A DNA stretch of 64,000 bases. It comes from a cyanobacterium endosymbiont of Rhopalodia gibba (lineage in GTDB: Bacteria; Cyanobacteriota; Cyanobacteriia; Cyanobacteriales; Microcystaceae). Below the pieces are notes generated by a model. The model was not told the origin of the DNA and did no database searches. It saw only the letters and a program-made list of their open reading frames with translations. The DNA is taken from positions 640,001 through 704,000 of the forward strand of contig CP067995.1 in assembly GCA_045159875.1 (NCBI GenBank). The letters run 5' to 3'. Below, one piece after another: positions 11,108 to 22,758 of this stretch. Each line of letters opens with the position of its first letter. Position 1 is the stretch's first letter. Made by a program: the position numbers and the translations under genes.

Positions 11108-12388
11108 TTATATGTTGTGTCTGGCCAACTGTTCTTTAAGTTCCCCAATTTGACTAATTAATTCTTCTTGGGTTAGAGTGCTCTGTTCTTTGCTGGCTAA
11201 CCATTTAAGTTGAACCGTTTGAGTTTCAGCTTCCGTATCTCCCAGTACAAGACAAGCAATCGCCCCACTGCGATCAGCTCGCTTAAATTGTTTCCCAAAA
11301 GTACCGCCACTGAGGTCTAATTCTACAGTTAATCCTTCATGACGTAACTTTTGGGCTACAATTAAGGCTTTCCTTTCGGCTTTTTTACCTTTAGACACAA
11401 TGTATAAGTCAGGAGATGTATTTGGGTTATCCTGTATTTGTTTTAGGAGAATGATTAGGCGTTCTATTCCAATCGCCCATCCTATAGCTGGGATATCAGG
11501 ACCCCCTAGTTCGGACACTAAACCATCATAGCGACCTCCCCCACAAACCGTCGCTTGTGCGCCAAGATCTTCTGATTGAATTTCAAAAGCGGTATGAGTA
11601 TAGTAATCTAAACCTCTCACTAGACAGGGATTTAGTAGATAATCAATATTTAAGTCCGTTAAAAATTGTTGAACTTGGTCAAAATGCTTCCGGGATTCAT
11701 CCCCCAAATATTCAATAATATTAGGGGCACTTTGATTGATTTCTTTTATCCGTTGATTTTTACTATCTAGAATGCGCAAAGGGTTTCTTTCTAGACGCTC
11801 TTGAGAATCAAGCTCCAATTCATCTTTGTAGGGAAGAAAATAGTTAACTAAGGCTTCTCGATATCTTTGTCTATCATTGCGATCACCGACGGAATTTAAA
11901 TGTAATTTTAAATTTTGTAGCCCTAATGTTTTGAGGATATCCGTTGCTAAGGCAATCACTTCTACATCTGCTCTAGGATCGCCACTACCAAATAATTCTA
12001 GACCTATTTGATTGAATTGCCGTTGACGGCCAGCTTGAGGACGTTCATAGCGAAACATTGGCCCCTTGTACCATAATTTTTGCACTCCTCCTATGGCGTA
12101 AAGATTGTTTTGTAAAAAAGCCCGAACCACGCCGGCCGTTCCTTCTGGACGTAAGGTTAAAGAACGATCCCCCCTATCTTTGAAGGTATACATTTCTTTG
12201 CCCACTACGTCAGTGTTTTTCCCTATACCTCGTTCAAACAATGACGTTTGCTCAAAAATAGGGGCGCGAATTTCCTGATACATTGCTCTACCAAAAATTT
12301 CTGTTGTAACAGTTTCTACATATCGCCAGTATCCAATCTCTGCTGGCAGGATATCTCGTGTTCCTGGTACTGTTTGGATTATACCCAT
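11108..12388 (-). CDS. hisS: Histidine--tRNA ligase
   Basis: GTRD, LRPEGTA, FRYERPQAGRQRQF, VRGLDYY, GGGRYDGL. Confidence 0.98.
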   Translation of the reverse strand: MGIIQTVPGTRDILPAEIGYWRYVETVTTEIFGRAMYQEIRAPIFEQTSLFERGIGKNTDVVGKEMYTFKDRGDRSLTLRPEGTAGVVRAFLQNNLYAIGGVQKLWYKGPMFRYERPQAGRQRQFNQIGLELFGSGDPRADVEVIALATDILKTLGLQNLKLHLNSVGDRNDRQRYREALVNYFLPYKDELELDSQERLERNPLRILDSKNQRIKEINQSAPNIIEYLGDESRKHFDQVQQFLTDLNIDYLLNPCLVRGLDYYTHTAFEIQSEDLGAQATVCGGGRYDGLVSELGGPDIPAIGWAIGIERLIILLKQIQDNPNTSPDLYIVSKGKKAERKALIVAQKLRHEGLTVELDLSGGTFGKQFKRADRSGAIACLVLGDTEAETQTVQLKWLASKEQSTLTQEELISQIGELKEQLARHNI

Positions 12389-12571
12389 TGGGGCTACACT
12401 TAAATTCTAAAAATTTACGCTAATATAACACTAATTATTATAAAGCAATTAGCCGTTAACATAATGAAATGGGTTACTTATTAACATTTAAATTAACTTT
12501 TTTAAATGCGTATTTAGACATAAATAGAAACACTATCTAAAGAACTTGTAATCAAACAAGTACAATATTCA

Positions 12572-12601
12572 ATTATTCCATCAAATATTTGATGGAATAA
12601 T
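12572..12601. repeat. Perfect 30-bp palindrome without spacer
   Basis: ATTATTCCATCAAAT|ATTTGATGGAATAAT. Confidence 0.95.
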
Positions 12602-13672
12602 CCGTGTAGCTCTGATACTGATTTTTAATTGAATTTAATTAAATTAAAATTTATGTGTTTAATTTTTAGTCAATCAGTCTCTTTTGTTTTCTAACCTAGA
12701 ATAAGAACTGTTTCCACTTCTCATCTATGTTTAAACATCGCTATAGAACTTTTATTCCTGCTATCAAACCATGCTCATTTCCTTTCTTTTTTTGCGATTT
12801 GTTCTCAATCATGAGGAATAAGGAATAAGCAAATTATAATTGACGAGTAACCAGAGCATTAAATTTGATTCATCTAGATATTTTGAATAGATATATTACA
12901 TAGCTTCACAGAACATCTCATAATTTAATTAATTCAAGTTTGTTTCATCTGTCAATTGTTTCGAAAACTTTCGAGGAAGCTTATTTCAAATGAATGTTAA
13001 TTTTTTCCACATTACTGAAAATCTAATTGTACTAGCTCTATCCTCTGTTTTTTTAGGACCTTTTTGAGTTTTGCTTCGTTCAAAATCAAGTCCTTTTCTT
13101 TTCAGGCTTGAAAAATCTCCGGAGACAAAAAGATAAGATCAGTTTAGCAGAGTTCTTATCGCAAATTCTGTTAACATATTTTGGCATCTATTTTGTAGCG
13201 AGCACTTTTAAATCTGTAACATTTACTGACCCACATGATACTACTCACTTCCCTCCTACTACTTGGGCTAAGTCCGACAAGTCAGTAACTAATAACTTCC
13301 AAAATCTTTATTATTACTTTACTCAACAACTCAAAAAATTAAGCTTGTGTAGTTGTTAAAACGCTGCAAAGTAAGACTTTTAATTTTTATTAATTATGAT
13401 TGTCTCACAGTTAGTCTAGAAAAGTTATAATTCTCTGAATTTATGACTGTTTAAGATTATAATGAGATTATAGCTAATGTCCTGTATATTCTTACAAATA
13501 GACCTGTTCCTCCTGAAGATATTTCTGGCAAACAAGTTCAGAAAATAAGCCCTTCTCTTCTGTTTTCTAAAGGAGATATGTCATCGTGTAATGTCAATAA
13601 CTCATAGTAGTGAAAATATGACTTTAAATTTTAAAATTAATTGGTTATTTATCAAAATAAATCATAAAAAAT

Positions 13673-14461
13673 ATGGAATTTTTTACAGTTTTTTTTTCAA
13701 GCTTATTAATGTTTTTTTCTCCTGTTGGTTTAGTGATTGATACAGTTGTGGCTGACACTATTCGTTCTCAAGTCAATGATGTTGAAGAACTGGCAGTTCG
13801 AATTGATAATACTCCTAGTTACCAATCAACTCAGGGAAGAATTGATCGGATTCGTATTGCTAGTCGAGGCATAAAACCAATTAAAGATTTTAGAATAGAA
13901 GTTCTTGAACTAGAAACTGATTTTATTGATATTAACATTGATAATCTACAAACTAAAAATATTAAAGAAATTAGACAGTCTTTACGAAAACCATTACAAG
14001 GAGGATTAAGTTTAATTGTCAAAGAAATAGATATTAATCAAGCTCTAAAATCAGAAAAAATTAGAGAAATTTTAGAAAAAACTATTAATAGTATAGTTCC
14101 TGAACAAGTTCCTAGATTTAAGATATTAACCCTTTGGGTTGAATTTAAACCTAAAGATCGTCTAGGAATCAAAGTAAAATTGCAGCAATTAAAAAGGTCT
14201 GATGAGGAAGATCTCCCTGAAACTATAGCACTGAATTTGGAAGCAGGATTTAAAGTAAAAGATGGACGATCAATCCAAGTCCTTGATCCAAGGGGTGAAT
14301 TAAATGGCAGAACCTTATCAAAAAAATTTTTAAGTCGTTTTCAGCAATTTGATTTAGCTGTCCTAGAAGGACAAGGCATTATTACTAGACTACTCAAATT
14401 AAAAGTAGATGAAGAAAGTCTTGCTCTTGTCTCGTTTATTCGCTTAGAACCCTTAAAATAA
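13673..14461 (+). CDS. DUF2993 / LmeA-like membrane-anchored protein
   Basis: N-terminal TM; LAVRIDNTPSYQ..QGRIDRIRIASRG and LELETD pattern of cyanobacterial DUF2993 proteins. Confidence 0.7.
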   Translation: MEFFTVFFSSLLMFFSPVGLVIDTVVADTIRSQVNDVEELAVRIDNTPSYQSTQGRIDRIRIASRGIKPIKDFRIEVLELETDFIDINIDNLQTKNIKEIRQSLRKPLQGGLSLIVKEIDINQALKSEKIREILEKTINSIVPEQVPRFKILTLWVEFKPKDRLGIKVKLQQLKRSDEEDLPETIALNLEAGFKVKDGRSIQVLDPRGELNGRTLSKKFLSRFQQFDLAVLEGQGIITRLLKLKVDEESLALVSFIRLEPLK

Positions 14462-14476
14462 GAGGAGGAATCTAAA

Positions 14477-14499
14477 GAATGGTAATCTGATTACCATTC
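14477..14499. repeat. 23-bp palindrome (11-bp arms, 1-nt centre) between two co-oriented genes
   Basis: GAATGGTAATC-T-GATTACCATTC. Confidence 0.85.
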
Positions 14500-14532
14500 A
14501 TGACAAACTTTTATCAGAGATAAAAAAAGGAG

Positions 14533-15150
14533 ATGACTATGGATAATCGCCATAACAATCATGAAAAAAATCGTTTATCTATTGGGTTTATTGGTGGAAT
14601 CATAGTTGCTATTTTAGCGACTGGGAGCATAGTAACATGGTGGTCTATACACACTTTAAAAACATCTAACGACTCAACCCAAATTTCTACTGAAAGCTCA
14701 ATAACTAAAGAGGATATTAAAATAGAGCTGGGACAAGTTTACTGGTTAAATGATAAAGGCGATCGTTTTGAATTGTCAGCAAGTCCAGTAATTATGGAGA
14801 AATCAAGTGACAGTCAAGAGATATTAAAGACTGCTCTAGAAAGTTTATTAGCAGGTTCTAAAAAACCTAAACAAATTACTACAATTCCTGAAGGAACCGA
14901 ACTGTTAGACTTCACTCTAGATAAAGAAGGAGTAAAAATTGATCTATCCCAAGAATTTATTACAGGAGGTGGCAGCGCGTCCATGACGGGACGTTTGGCC
15001 CAAATCCTCTACACATCCACCAGTCTTGATCCTAACACCAAAGTTTGGTTGACAATAGAGGGGCAACCTTTAGAAGTTTTAGGAGGAGAAGGGGTAGAAA
15101 TCGAACAACCAATAACCCGTCAATGGTTTAATGAAAACTTTGAATTGTAG
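14533..15150 (+). CDS. GerMN domain protein with N-terminal TM anchor
   Basis: TTIPEGTELL, DLSQEFITGGGSASMTGRLAQILYT, LGGEG; RBS AAGGAG. Confidence 0.85.
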   Translation: MTMDNRHNNHEKNRLSIGFIGGIIVAILATGSIVTWWSIHTLKTSNDSTQISTESSITKEDIKIELGQVYWLNDKGDRFELSASPVIMEKSSDSQEILKTALESLLAGSKKPKQITTIPEGTELLDFTLDKEGVKIDLSQEFITGGGSASMTGRLAQILYTSTSLDPNTKVWLTIEGQPLEVLGGEGVEIEQPITRQWFNENFEL

Positions 15151-15193
15151 TTTTTATTACCTGAACTATTCGAAGCATTAGAAGTATCTATTC

Positions 15194-15964
15194 TTAAAGT
15201 AAATGAGCAGAGTTTTGATCCAAAAATAAATCTGCATCCGAATGCTTTCGTAAAATAGAAGCCGGACAATGAGTGTTGATATGCTTTTTAAGCATTGTTT
15301 CAACAATTTTTGCTTTATTTCTTCCAAGTGCCAGACAAATAATTTTACGAGATAATAAAATCATAGAAATAGTTAGAGTTATGGCATATTTGGGAACTTC
15401 ATTTAGCTGGGAAAAATGTCCTTGATTAACTTGTACTTGACGGGTTTCCTCTTCTAAGCGAACTAATTTAACCAAATAAGAGTCATCAAATTTAGCAACA
15501 GCAGGTTCATTAAAAGCTAAATGTCCATTGGTTCCGATTCCTAGACAGCATAAATCAATGGGGTTTTCCTGTAAAAGTTTAGTATAACGATCACATTCTT
15601 CAACAGGTTCTAGAGTATTTCCTCGAATATAATGAAATTGCTTCGGATAAACTCGCTTTTCTACTCTATTTTGGAGATAGTGGCAAAAACTAGCCTGATG
15701 TTTTTCGTTGATGCCTAAATATTCATCTAGGTGAAATAGGGTGATACGATTCCAATCGATTTTCTGAGTAGCAATCAAAGCATCAAGAAACTGTAACTGT
15801 GAGTTTCCCGTTGCTAATATTACTCTTGCTTCCTCCTTTTCTTCTAATACTTTTAATAAGTATTTTTGAGTAATTTTTGCCGATGTTTTAGCCAAGTCTT
15901 TTTCAGTTTTAGAAATATAAACTGAAAGGGTATCAACCTTAAATTGATATTCAGATTCCATCAA
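15194..15964 (-). CDS. nagB: Glucosamine-6-phosphate deaminase
   Basis: ILATGNSQ, FHLDEYLG, LGIGTNGHLAFNEP, CPASIL. Confidence 0.85.
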   Translation of the reverse strand: MMESEYQFKVDTLSVYISKTEKDLAKTSAKITQKYLLKVLEEKEEARVILATGNSQLQFLDALIATQKIDWNRITLFHLDEYLGINEKHQASFCHYLQNRVEKRVYPKQFHYIRGNTLEPVEECDRYTKLLQENPIDLCCLGIGTNGHLAFNEPAVAKFDDSYLVKLVRLEEETRQVQVNQGHFSQLNEVPKYAITLTISMILLSRKIICLALGRNKAKIVETMLKKHINTHCPASILRKHSDADLFLDQNSAHLL

Positions 15965-16436
15965 AAATTATAAAATGTTTTCCAAATTCATTTTAACTTA
16001 TAACTTAAATTTGAGAATTGACTTATTTTTTAGGGTAACGTCTAGAGTATAGTCAAGACCGCTTAAGAGATAACCTTATATTTTCAGATTTTTAAAGAAT
16101 TAAATAGAAGTCAGTTTGAGTAGAATTTAAACTCAAGATTTGAGATTTTATAACTTCTTTAAACTTCACTTTGTGCTTCGTAATTTTTGAATTACGATAG
16201 ATATATCATCGGTTTACTGTTATTTTCAAAAGCATCAAATTATTATTGATATTATCTAACAAGTAAGGAAACTAATCTGTCTTGATTCATTAATAGCATT
16301 TGTTCGATGGGTGAGGTATACTAGAGTCTAGATTTATTCTTAATACTTGATATCCTTGATAGTGAAATTGACTAATGCCCTGTATGATTGATGATTGGGA
16401 GCTTTCGAAGGGTAATTCAACGAAAGGAGGAACTCT

Positions 16437-16730
16437 ATGTCTACTGAAGTAATTGAGAGGCGATCACCATTTAGTACAAGTATTCGAAAACCCGCCCCTC
16501 GCTATCGCGTTTTACTCCATAATGATGACTTTAACTCTATGGAGTACGTCGTTCAGACTTTAACGCAAACGGTGGCAGGGATGACTCAATCACAAGCAGT
16601 TGATATCATGATGGAAGCTCACAATAACGGGATAGCTTTAGTCATTACCTGTGCCTTAGAACATGCTGAGTTTTATTGTGAAACCCTTAAAAATCACGGG
16701 TTGACTAGCACTATCGAACCAGATGATTAA
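16437..16730 (+). CDS. clpS: ATP-dependent Clp protease adaptor
   Basis: YRVLLHNDDFNSMEYVV, MMEAH; strong RBS AAGGAGG. Confidence 0.95.
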   Translation: MSTEVIERRSPFSTSIRKPAPRYRVLLHNDDFNSMEYVVQTLTQTVAGMTQSQAVDIMMEAHNNGIALVITCALEHAEFYCETLKNHGLTSTIEPDD

Positions 16731-16758
16731 TTGTCTTTGTAATTGCAAATTTTAACCC

Positions 16759-17586
16759 TTGAAGTCTGATCTGACTCGTATTAGTAATTGCCCGGTACCG
16801 ATTCGACTGGGAATTTTTGTTATTGTATTATTGTCGCTGTGGATTCCAGTGGCAATTCCCATTTATTTAACACTTAAATCCGACCCAAACTTGACAACAA
16901 TTGTTAGTATGGGATTATTATATTTAGAGTTTATTGGACTGTTATTTATTTGGAATAGAAATGTTTATCACAATTTTTATTGGTGGAAACAATATGGATT
17001 AGTTTTAAGCAGAAAAAATGGATGCGAATTTTTCCAAGGATTAAGTCTTGGTTTAGGATTTACTTTTGGTTTGTTTATTGTTGAATCAATTTTAGGGTGG
17101 GTTGATTTTTCTGTCCCTTCTCTAAGAATCATTAAGGTAATTTTTGAAGGATTGTTAAGTGCTTCAGGAATTGCATTTGCTGAGGAGTTATTATTTCGGG
17201 GATGGTTGTTAGAAGAGTTAAACCGAAATTATATTTCGTCAACCGTATTATGGATTGATTCTCTATTTTTTGCTGGATTGCATTTCGTTAAACCGTTAAC
17301 AGAAGTTATTAGAACTTTTCCACAATTTCCTGCTTTGTTATTGTTAGGATTAATCTTAGTTTGGGCTAAACGTGGCTATGGAAATCGTTTAGGAATTTGT
17401 ATTGGTTTGCATGGAGGATTAGTGTGGGGGTATTATATCCTAAATGTAGGTCAACTTTTAGACTATACGGGAAAAGTATCTCCTTGGATCACAGGAATTG
17501 ATAATAATCCTATTGCTGGAGTAATGGGATTGTTATCTCTTGGAATTTTAGGTCTTTGGATAAGAAGAAAAGCCAAGATAAATTAA
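16759..17586 (+). CDS. CPBP (Abi/CAAX type II) intramembrane metalloprotease
   Basis: EELLFRG, FAGLH, IGLHGG motifs; multiple TM segments. Confidence 0.88.
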   Translation: MKSDLTRISNCPVPIRLGIFVIVLLSLWIPVAIPIYLTLKSDPNLTTIVSMGLLYLEFIGLLFIWNRNVYHNFYWWKQYGLVLSRKNGCEFFQGLSLGLGFTFGLFIVESILGWVDFSVPSLRIIKVIFEGLLSASGIAFAEELLFRGWLLEELNRNYISSTVLWIDSLFFAGLHFVKPLTEVIRTFPQFPALLLLGLILVWAKRGYGNRLGICIGLHGGLVWGYYILNVGQLLDYTGKVSPWITGIDNNPIAGVMGLLSLGILGLWIRRKAKIN

Positions 17587-17811
17587 TTATATCGGTAGTT
17601 TAATTACACAGCAGTTTAGTTATCTCTTAAGCATAAAGAGAATTAAAGATTGATCAAAACTGACTGCAATTGTCATAAATTTAGAAATTACTGCAATCAG
17701 AACTATTTACTATTGTTTTTTTACTGTTCACAGATAACTAAAAATATTTATTTTTTTGGAAATGTTTCAGTTATCTTATAGACGATGTTTTTCTTCTTTA
17801 TGGCATTATTA

Positions 17812-18500
17812 ATGCAATGCAATAGTCGATTCTGCTTGAACCCCTAATAGTAAAAAATTGAAATATTACAATCACCGATTCACCCGCGTCCTTAGTAATG
17901 ACTAAAATTACTCAGCTTTCAAACTTCTACTAAGGCGGATTAAATTTATATATGGACTGACTAACAATTTACAATATTTGAAAAGTCTTATGGGAATTTA
18001 TTCGACGTTAAACAATCATGATTATTATCATCATTAAGCTAAATCTCTACTTCCTGAAACATTAACCAGTATTGGTATTACAGTCGTTTGGAATAAAATT
18101 GCAACCTCATTATGTGACGACTTATTGATCGTGAAACTTGCTGATTTCTGGTCAACCAAATCCAAGCTAGAAGTTATTACGAGCTAATTGCTATCCTATA
18201 TTCTTCATCTTGAATTGTGAGACAATCCAATCAATTTTACAACCATGACAAGTTCATTTACAGTTGGAAGGTCATACTTATGGAGACTATATTAATATTC
18301 CAGGTCTTGGACCTGTTCTAATTCTATTCGACAAAATCTATCAATATACTCTCAAGTATTTACAATAGGCTCAAGGACAGCATCAGATAAAGAAATCAAC
18401 TCTATGTTAATCGAGGGTTAAAAACATACTTGCATGGAGGAGCATATTGTTCTCACGAAGTGACACTCATTACATTAACTGCCCAATACCAATAATTTAA
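17812..18500 (+). pseudogene. Metallophosphoesterase (YkuE-like) pseudogene
   Basis: Fragments TKITQLSNFY* (~KLVQLSDFH), QLEGHTYGDYINIPGLGP (~QLSGHTHGGQ), QLYVNRGLKTY..EVTLITL; stops, frameshifts and deletions. Confidence 0.8.
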
Positions 18501-18520
18501 GTTAACTGCAACAAGAATTA

Positions 18521-19006
18521 CTAAATTAGATTAATTAAAGCATCTCTAACAGTAGGGGGAAGATGACGCATGATTTTTCCTTTTTCGCGATCAACCGCGA
18601 CTAGAGTTACCGTTCCAGTTACATAACATTCCTGTGTATTTGGAGATTCCATACGACAATCAAAATTCATCTGTACTCCAGTAATTTGATTTATCCGAGT
18701 TTTAATAATCGCTTCCTGTCCTAACTGTATAAAATGATGATAACACAGAGATAATTCAATCACAGGAAGATAAAAACCTAATTTTACTAATTCTGCATAA
18801 TCAATACCCATAGAGCGCAAATATTCAACTCTAGCTTCTTCTATCCAAGTTAAATAAGTTCCATGCCAAACTGTTCCTGAATAGTCGGTATGGTGAGGTT
18901 GAACACGCACATCATACTCAAACCACTGCTCAGTAGTTGCTTGCAGGATATTTTTAGGAGTGATCGCTGCGCTGGAAGGTAATTGGGGTTGAGATTGAGA
19001 AGACAA
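18521..19006 (-). CDS. Acyl-CoA thioesterase (4HBT/YbgC hotdog family)
   Basis: VRVQPHHTDYSGTVWHGTYLTWIEEARVEYL. Confidence 0.85.
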   Translation of the reverse strand: MSSQSQPQLPSSAAITPKNILQATTEQWFEYDVRVQPHHTDYSGTVWHGTYLTWIEEARVEYLRSMGIDYAELVKLGFYLPVIELSLCYHHFIQLGQEAIIKTRINQITGVQMNFDCRMESPNTQECYVTGTVTLVAVDREKGKIMRHLPPTVRDALINLI

Positions 19007-19047
19007 GTTAGACTAACTCCAATTGTGCACTAAAGTTATTAACAATC

Positions 19048-21402
19048 TTATCGTGTTTGCTTGTTATCAGTATAATCAATTTTTTCCATTAAAGTTACTC
19101 TAGGATTAATGATTTTTTGTCCAAGTCCTAAAAATTTAATAGCCAAGTTAATTTTTTTTCCTGACCCTAAAATATGAGTCACTTCTCCGATTCCAAAATT
19201 GAGATGAATCAGACGATCTCCGACTGACCATTTTTGACTATATATCTGAAGAGTTTTAGATCGAAATGTGTCGGATTGATGATAAGATTCTAAAGTTTTT
19301 GAAAGATTGCTTTTGATTAAATATGAAGGTAACTCTTTTAAAAATTGCGATGGAATTTTAGTTTCTTTTGATCCCCAAACAAACCTTTCTCTAGCATAAG
19401 TTAAAAATAATTGTTCCTGTGCGCGAGTCAATCCAACATAACACAAACGACGTTCTTCTTCTAAGGATAGAGGATCATTTAAACTACGGATATGAGGTAA
19501 TAATCCTTGTTCTAAACCAACTAAAAATACTACAGGAAATTCCAATCCCTTAGCAGAATGAAGGGTCATTAAAGACACCTTTTCCTGTTCTTCTTTAAAG
19601 TCATCAAGATCAGACGAGAGAGAAATATTAGATAAAAATTCTTGTAAATTAATCTCTTCCGCATCTTTTTGAAATTGTAAAATAGCATTATACAACTCAG
19701 AAATATTTTCTAAGCGATTATTAGCTTCTTCAGTTTTTTTCTGTTTTAAATTATCAATATAGCCAGAAACTTCCATTACTTGATCTAGAATTTCTGCCCC
19801 TGATAGGCTAGTTATTTTTTCTTGAAAAGATTTAATCATTTCAGAAAAGTCGTTGATTGATTTTGCTGATCTTCCTGCTAGAGTATTAACGGAACTGGTA
19901 TCAGAAATAATTTCCCAAAGAGGGATTTTTAATTCTTGGGCTGCTTTAACTAAAGACTCTATAGAAGTTTTGCCAATTCCTCGACGGGGTGTATTAATAA
20001 TTCTTAGTAAACTAACGGTATCTGCAGGATTAGCAATTAAGCGTAAATAAGCCAAAGCATCTTTGATTTCTTGGCGATCATAAAATTTAAATCCTCCTAC
20101 AATTTTATAGGGAATATTATTGTGAATTAGTCCATCTTCAAAAGGACGAGATTGAGCATTAATTCGATACAGAATCGCAAAATTTCCCCAATTTAGTTCA
20201 GGGTTTTTTCCCACTAAGTTTTTTATTTGATCAATCACTATTTTTGATTCTATTTGTTCATTATCTGCTTGATAGCAGTAAATATATTCTCCTAGTCCCC
20301 GTGTAGCTTTTAAAATTTTATCAATGCGTTGGGTGTTATTTTTAATCAAATAATTAGCCGCTTGTAATATATTTTCTCTTGAGCGATAATTGTCTTCTAA
20401 TTTAACCATAGTACGGGTATCTTTATCTGGCAAACCATCTCCAAAATCTGATTGAAAATTCAACAAAATGGTAAAGTCTGCCATACGAAAGCTGTAAATA
20501 GATTGATCAGCATCACCTACGACAAAAATAGAACGATTTTGCCAATTCCATTCATGTTTTCTAGTTTCCCCATTAGTTGTTAATAAACTAATTAATTCAT
20601 ATTGAATTTGATTAGTATCTTGATATTCATCAACTAAAATATGTCTAAATTGGTTATGCCAATAGCCAAGGATAGATTCATTTTGCTGAAATAGTCTAAC
20701 AGGAACTAGTATCAAATCATCAAAGTCCAAGGCATTGTTAGTCGCTAGTTGTAATTGATACTCATTATAAACTTCAGCGATAACACGATTTTTATAGGAA
20801 GAGTCTTGTTTAAGATATTTATTGGGAGATAATCCTAAATTTTTCAAATTACTAATCTGATAGCGTACTGAGCGAGGATCAAATTTTTTATCATCTAAAT
20901 TTAATTGCCTAGTCACAATATTTTTAATTAGACTTTGCACATCTGATTCATCAAAAATTGAAAAATTTTGCTGCCATTGTCGTCCCCGTTCATCTTGATA
21001 TTTATTAATATCAAAGCGCAAGATTTTTGCACATAAACTATGAAAAGTTCCAATCCAAAGTTTTTTAGTAGTTGTTTTATAAACCCGTGATATAAGTTTT
21101 TTTTGTTCATATTTAGAGAGAAGATCAAACCGTTGTCCATAATTTTTAATAGCCATTTGCTGGGCAAATAGTTTCTCAATTCGTTCTTTCATTTCCCTAG
21201 CCGCTTTATTCGTAAAGGTAACAGCTAGGATGGAGTCGGGTTCAACATGATGATGACTAATCAAATGGGCAATTCTATAACTGAGGGCTCTAGTTTTGCC
21301 TGACCCAGCACCAGCTGCCACTAATAAAGGTCCACAAAAATGTTCAACAGCTAAACGTTGTGAGGTATTAAGTTGAGTAAGAAAGTCATTATTAATAGTC
21401 AT
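19048..21402 (-). CDS. pcrA: ATP-dependent DNA helicase PcrA/UvrD
   Basis: AGAGSGKT, TFTNKAA, VDEYQDTN, VGDADQSIY, TLHSAKGLEF, EEERRLCYVGLTRA. Confidence 0.96.
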   Translation of the reverse strand: MTINNDFLTQLNTSQRLAVEHFCGPLLVAAGAGSGKTRALSYRIAHLISHHHVEPDSILAVTFTNKAAREMKERIEKLFAQQMAIKNYGQRFDLLSKYEQKKLISRVYKTTTKKLWIGTFHSLCAKILRFDINKYQDERGRQWQQNFSIFDESDVQSLIKNIVTRQLNLDDKKFDPRSVRYQISNLKNLGLSPNKYLKQDSSYKNRVIAEVYNEYQLQLATNNALDFDDLILVPVRLFQQNESILGYWHNQFRHILVDEYQDTNQIQYELISLLTTNGETRKHEWNWQNRSIFVVGDADQSIYSFRMADFTILLNFQSDFGDGLPDKDTRTMVKLEDNYRSRENILQAANYLIKNNTQRIDKILKATRGLGEYIYCYQADNEQIESKIVIDQIKNLVGKNPELNWGNFAILYRINAQSRPFEDGLIHNNIPYKIVGGFKFYDRQEIKDALAYLRLIANPADTVSLLRIINTPRRGIGKTSIESLVKAAQELKIPLWEIISDTSSVNTLAGRSAKSINDFSEMIKSFQEKITSLSGAEILDQVMEVSGYIDNLKQKKTEEANNRLENISELYNAILQFQKDAEEINLQEFLSNISLSSDLDDFKEEQEKVSLMTLHSAKGLEFPVVFLVGLEQGLLPHIRSLNDPLSLEEERRLCYVGLTRAQEQLFLTYARERFVWGSKETKIPSQFLKELPSYLIKSNLSKTLESYHQSDTFRSKTLQIYSQKWSVGDRLIHLNFGIGEVTHILGSGKKINLAIKFLGLGQKIINPRVTLMEKIDYTDNKQTR

Positions 21403-21589
21403 GGAGTTACAGTTCAGAAGATGTATCTATAAAAGATTTTAGTTGAGAGACTCTCTTAAAATCAAACAACAGCGATTATCATTTTTAAATTAAGATGAAA
21501 TCATCTGTCTAAGAGTTTCAGGTTAGCAGATGAACGCAAATATAAGCTATCCGAATAGAATCGAGAAGATTTTTAAAAAATAGATATCT

Positions 21590-22500
21590 ATTAGAGCTTT
21601 TATAAGGGAATTAATAGTTAAGTCTAATTTATACCTCTATAATCAGTATTTATTCGCTAAATTTCAACAATCCTACTGTAATTATCTATCTAAAATGCCT
21701 GACAATTTATCTCATGATAGCGTAAACTGTTTCTAGTTATAATTAGATTATAGTATTAATGATATAGTTATTTTCTTGAAAAGACTTCATACTAAAACCA
21801 ATTTAAGTGATATATTGACTATTTTGAATCAGAGAATAAGTATAAGATTCTCAAAAATTAAGCTGATTACTTTATTGTATACGAATCTATTGAAAATCTT
21901 AGTTTCTCTCGACTGGAAACTGATTTTATAGAAGAGAAGATAATCTATTTAACAATAGTTATTCCCAGATATAATTATTCCCAACTGATGTTGTTAAGAG
22001 TGTCAGAATAGAATCTTTATTTAACTTGTGTTACACAGAAAATTTGAACTATTTTAAAAAATAGAAGTCTAGTTTAATACTAAAAACATCTAAAAATTAA
22101 CAAATTTAAATTAGAAAATAAAAAAAATAGTTAGTTAAAAGTCCAAATACAGATAAAAAATTGACAATCGTTTATCTAACGTAGTTTAAGAAAATTAAAA
22201 TTTTTATTTCCTTCTAAAAAAACTAAAATTTAGTTGGAGTTAGCAAAATTATAGTGCTTGAATTAAAGACAAATCATCAGATTATTAGCTTTTGTTACTA
22301 AGTACCGAGGCGATTATATAAAATCAATTAATCTATAGTTTAAATTGATATATTTATAATTAAAAATTATGAAAGTATTTTTCTTATAAAATTTTATTGT
22401 ATTTAAATTACTCTTTATTAAGAGTCAATAGTTCATTACTAATTGGCATCAATCTAAAAAAAGTTATCTCTTGAAGTCAGTTATAATTTTATTTTATAAG
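21590..22500 (+). mobile_element. Decayed IS701-family transposase (boundaries approximate)
   Basis: Collinear fragments NLSHDSVNCF* (~SHDSVNRFL), SINDIVI (~SVDDTVI), IDYFESENK (~IGYFWSGKH), KLITLLYTN (~NLITLYYTD), ENLNYFK (~ENLKFLK), NWHQ (~NWYQ). Confidence 0.65.
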
Positions 22501-22758
22501 TATCGTGAGTATTTATATAAATATAAAAAAATAAATTTAGTCCCCTTATTTCTTAAAGTATTTGTTGATTATTGAGTAATTTTAAGTTAGTCCAATATCA
22601 CAGCAATTAATTTATCTATTTAAAATAGTGCATATGTAACGTAATTTGTCAACGTATAACTCTTGTCCATACCATTGGATTTTTTTAATTCTTAAAAAAA
22701 TCCTTAACTATGCCAGAAAAACTGTATCAAAATGCAAATTGTCATCTACAATAGAAAC

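Noticed and set aside
12620..13359. 83-aa + ORF, and a possible NAD(P)-binding oxidoreductase remnant on the - strand
   Set aside because: The + ORF looks like shadow; the minus-strand similarity is too weak to name
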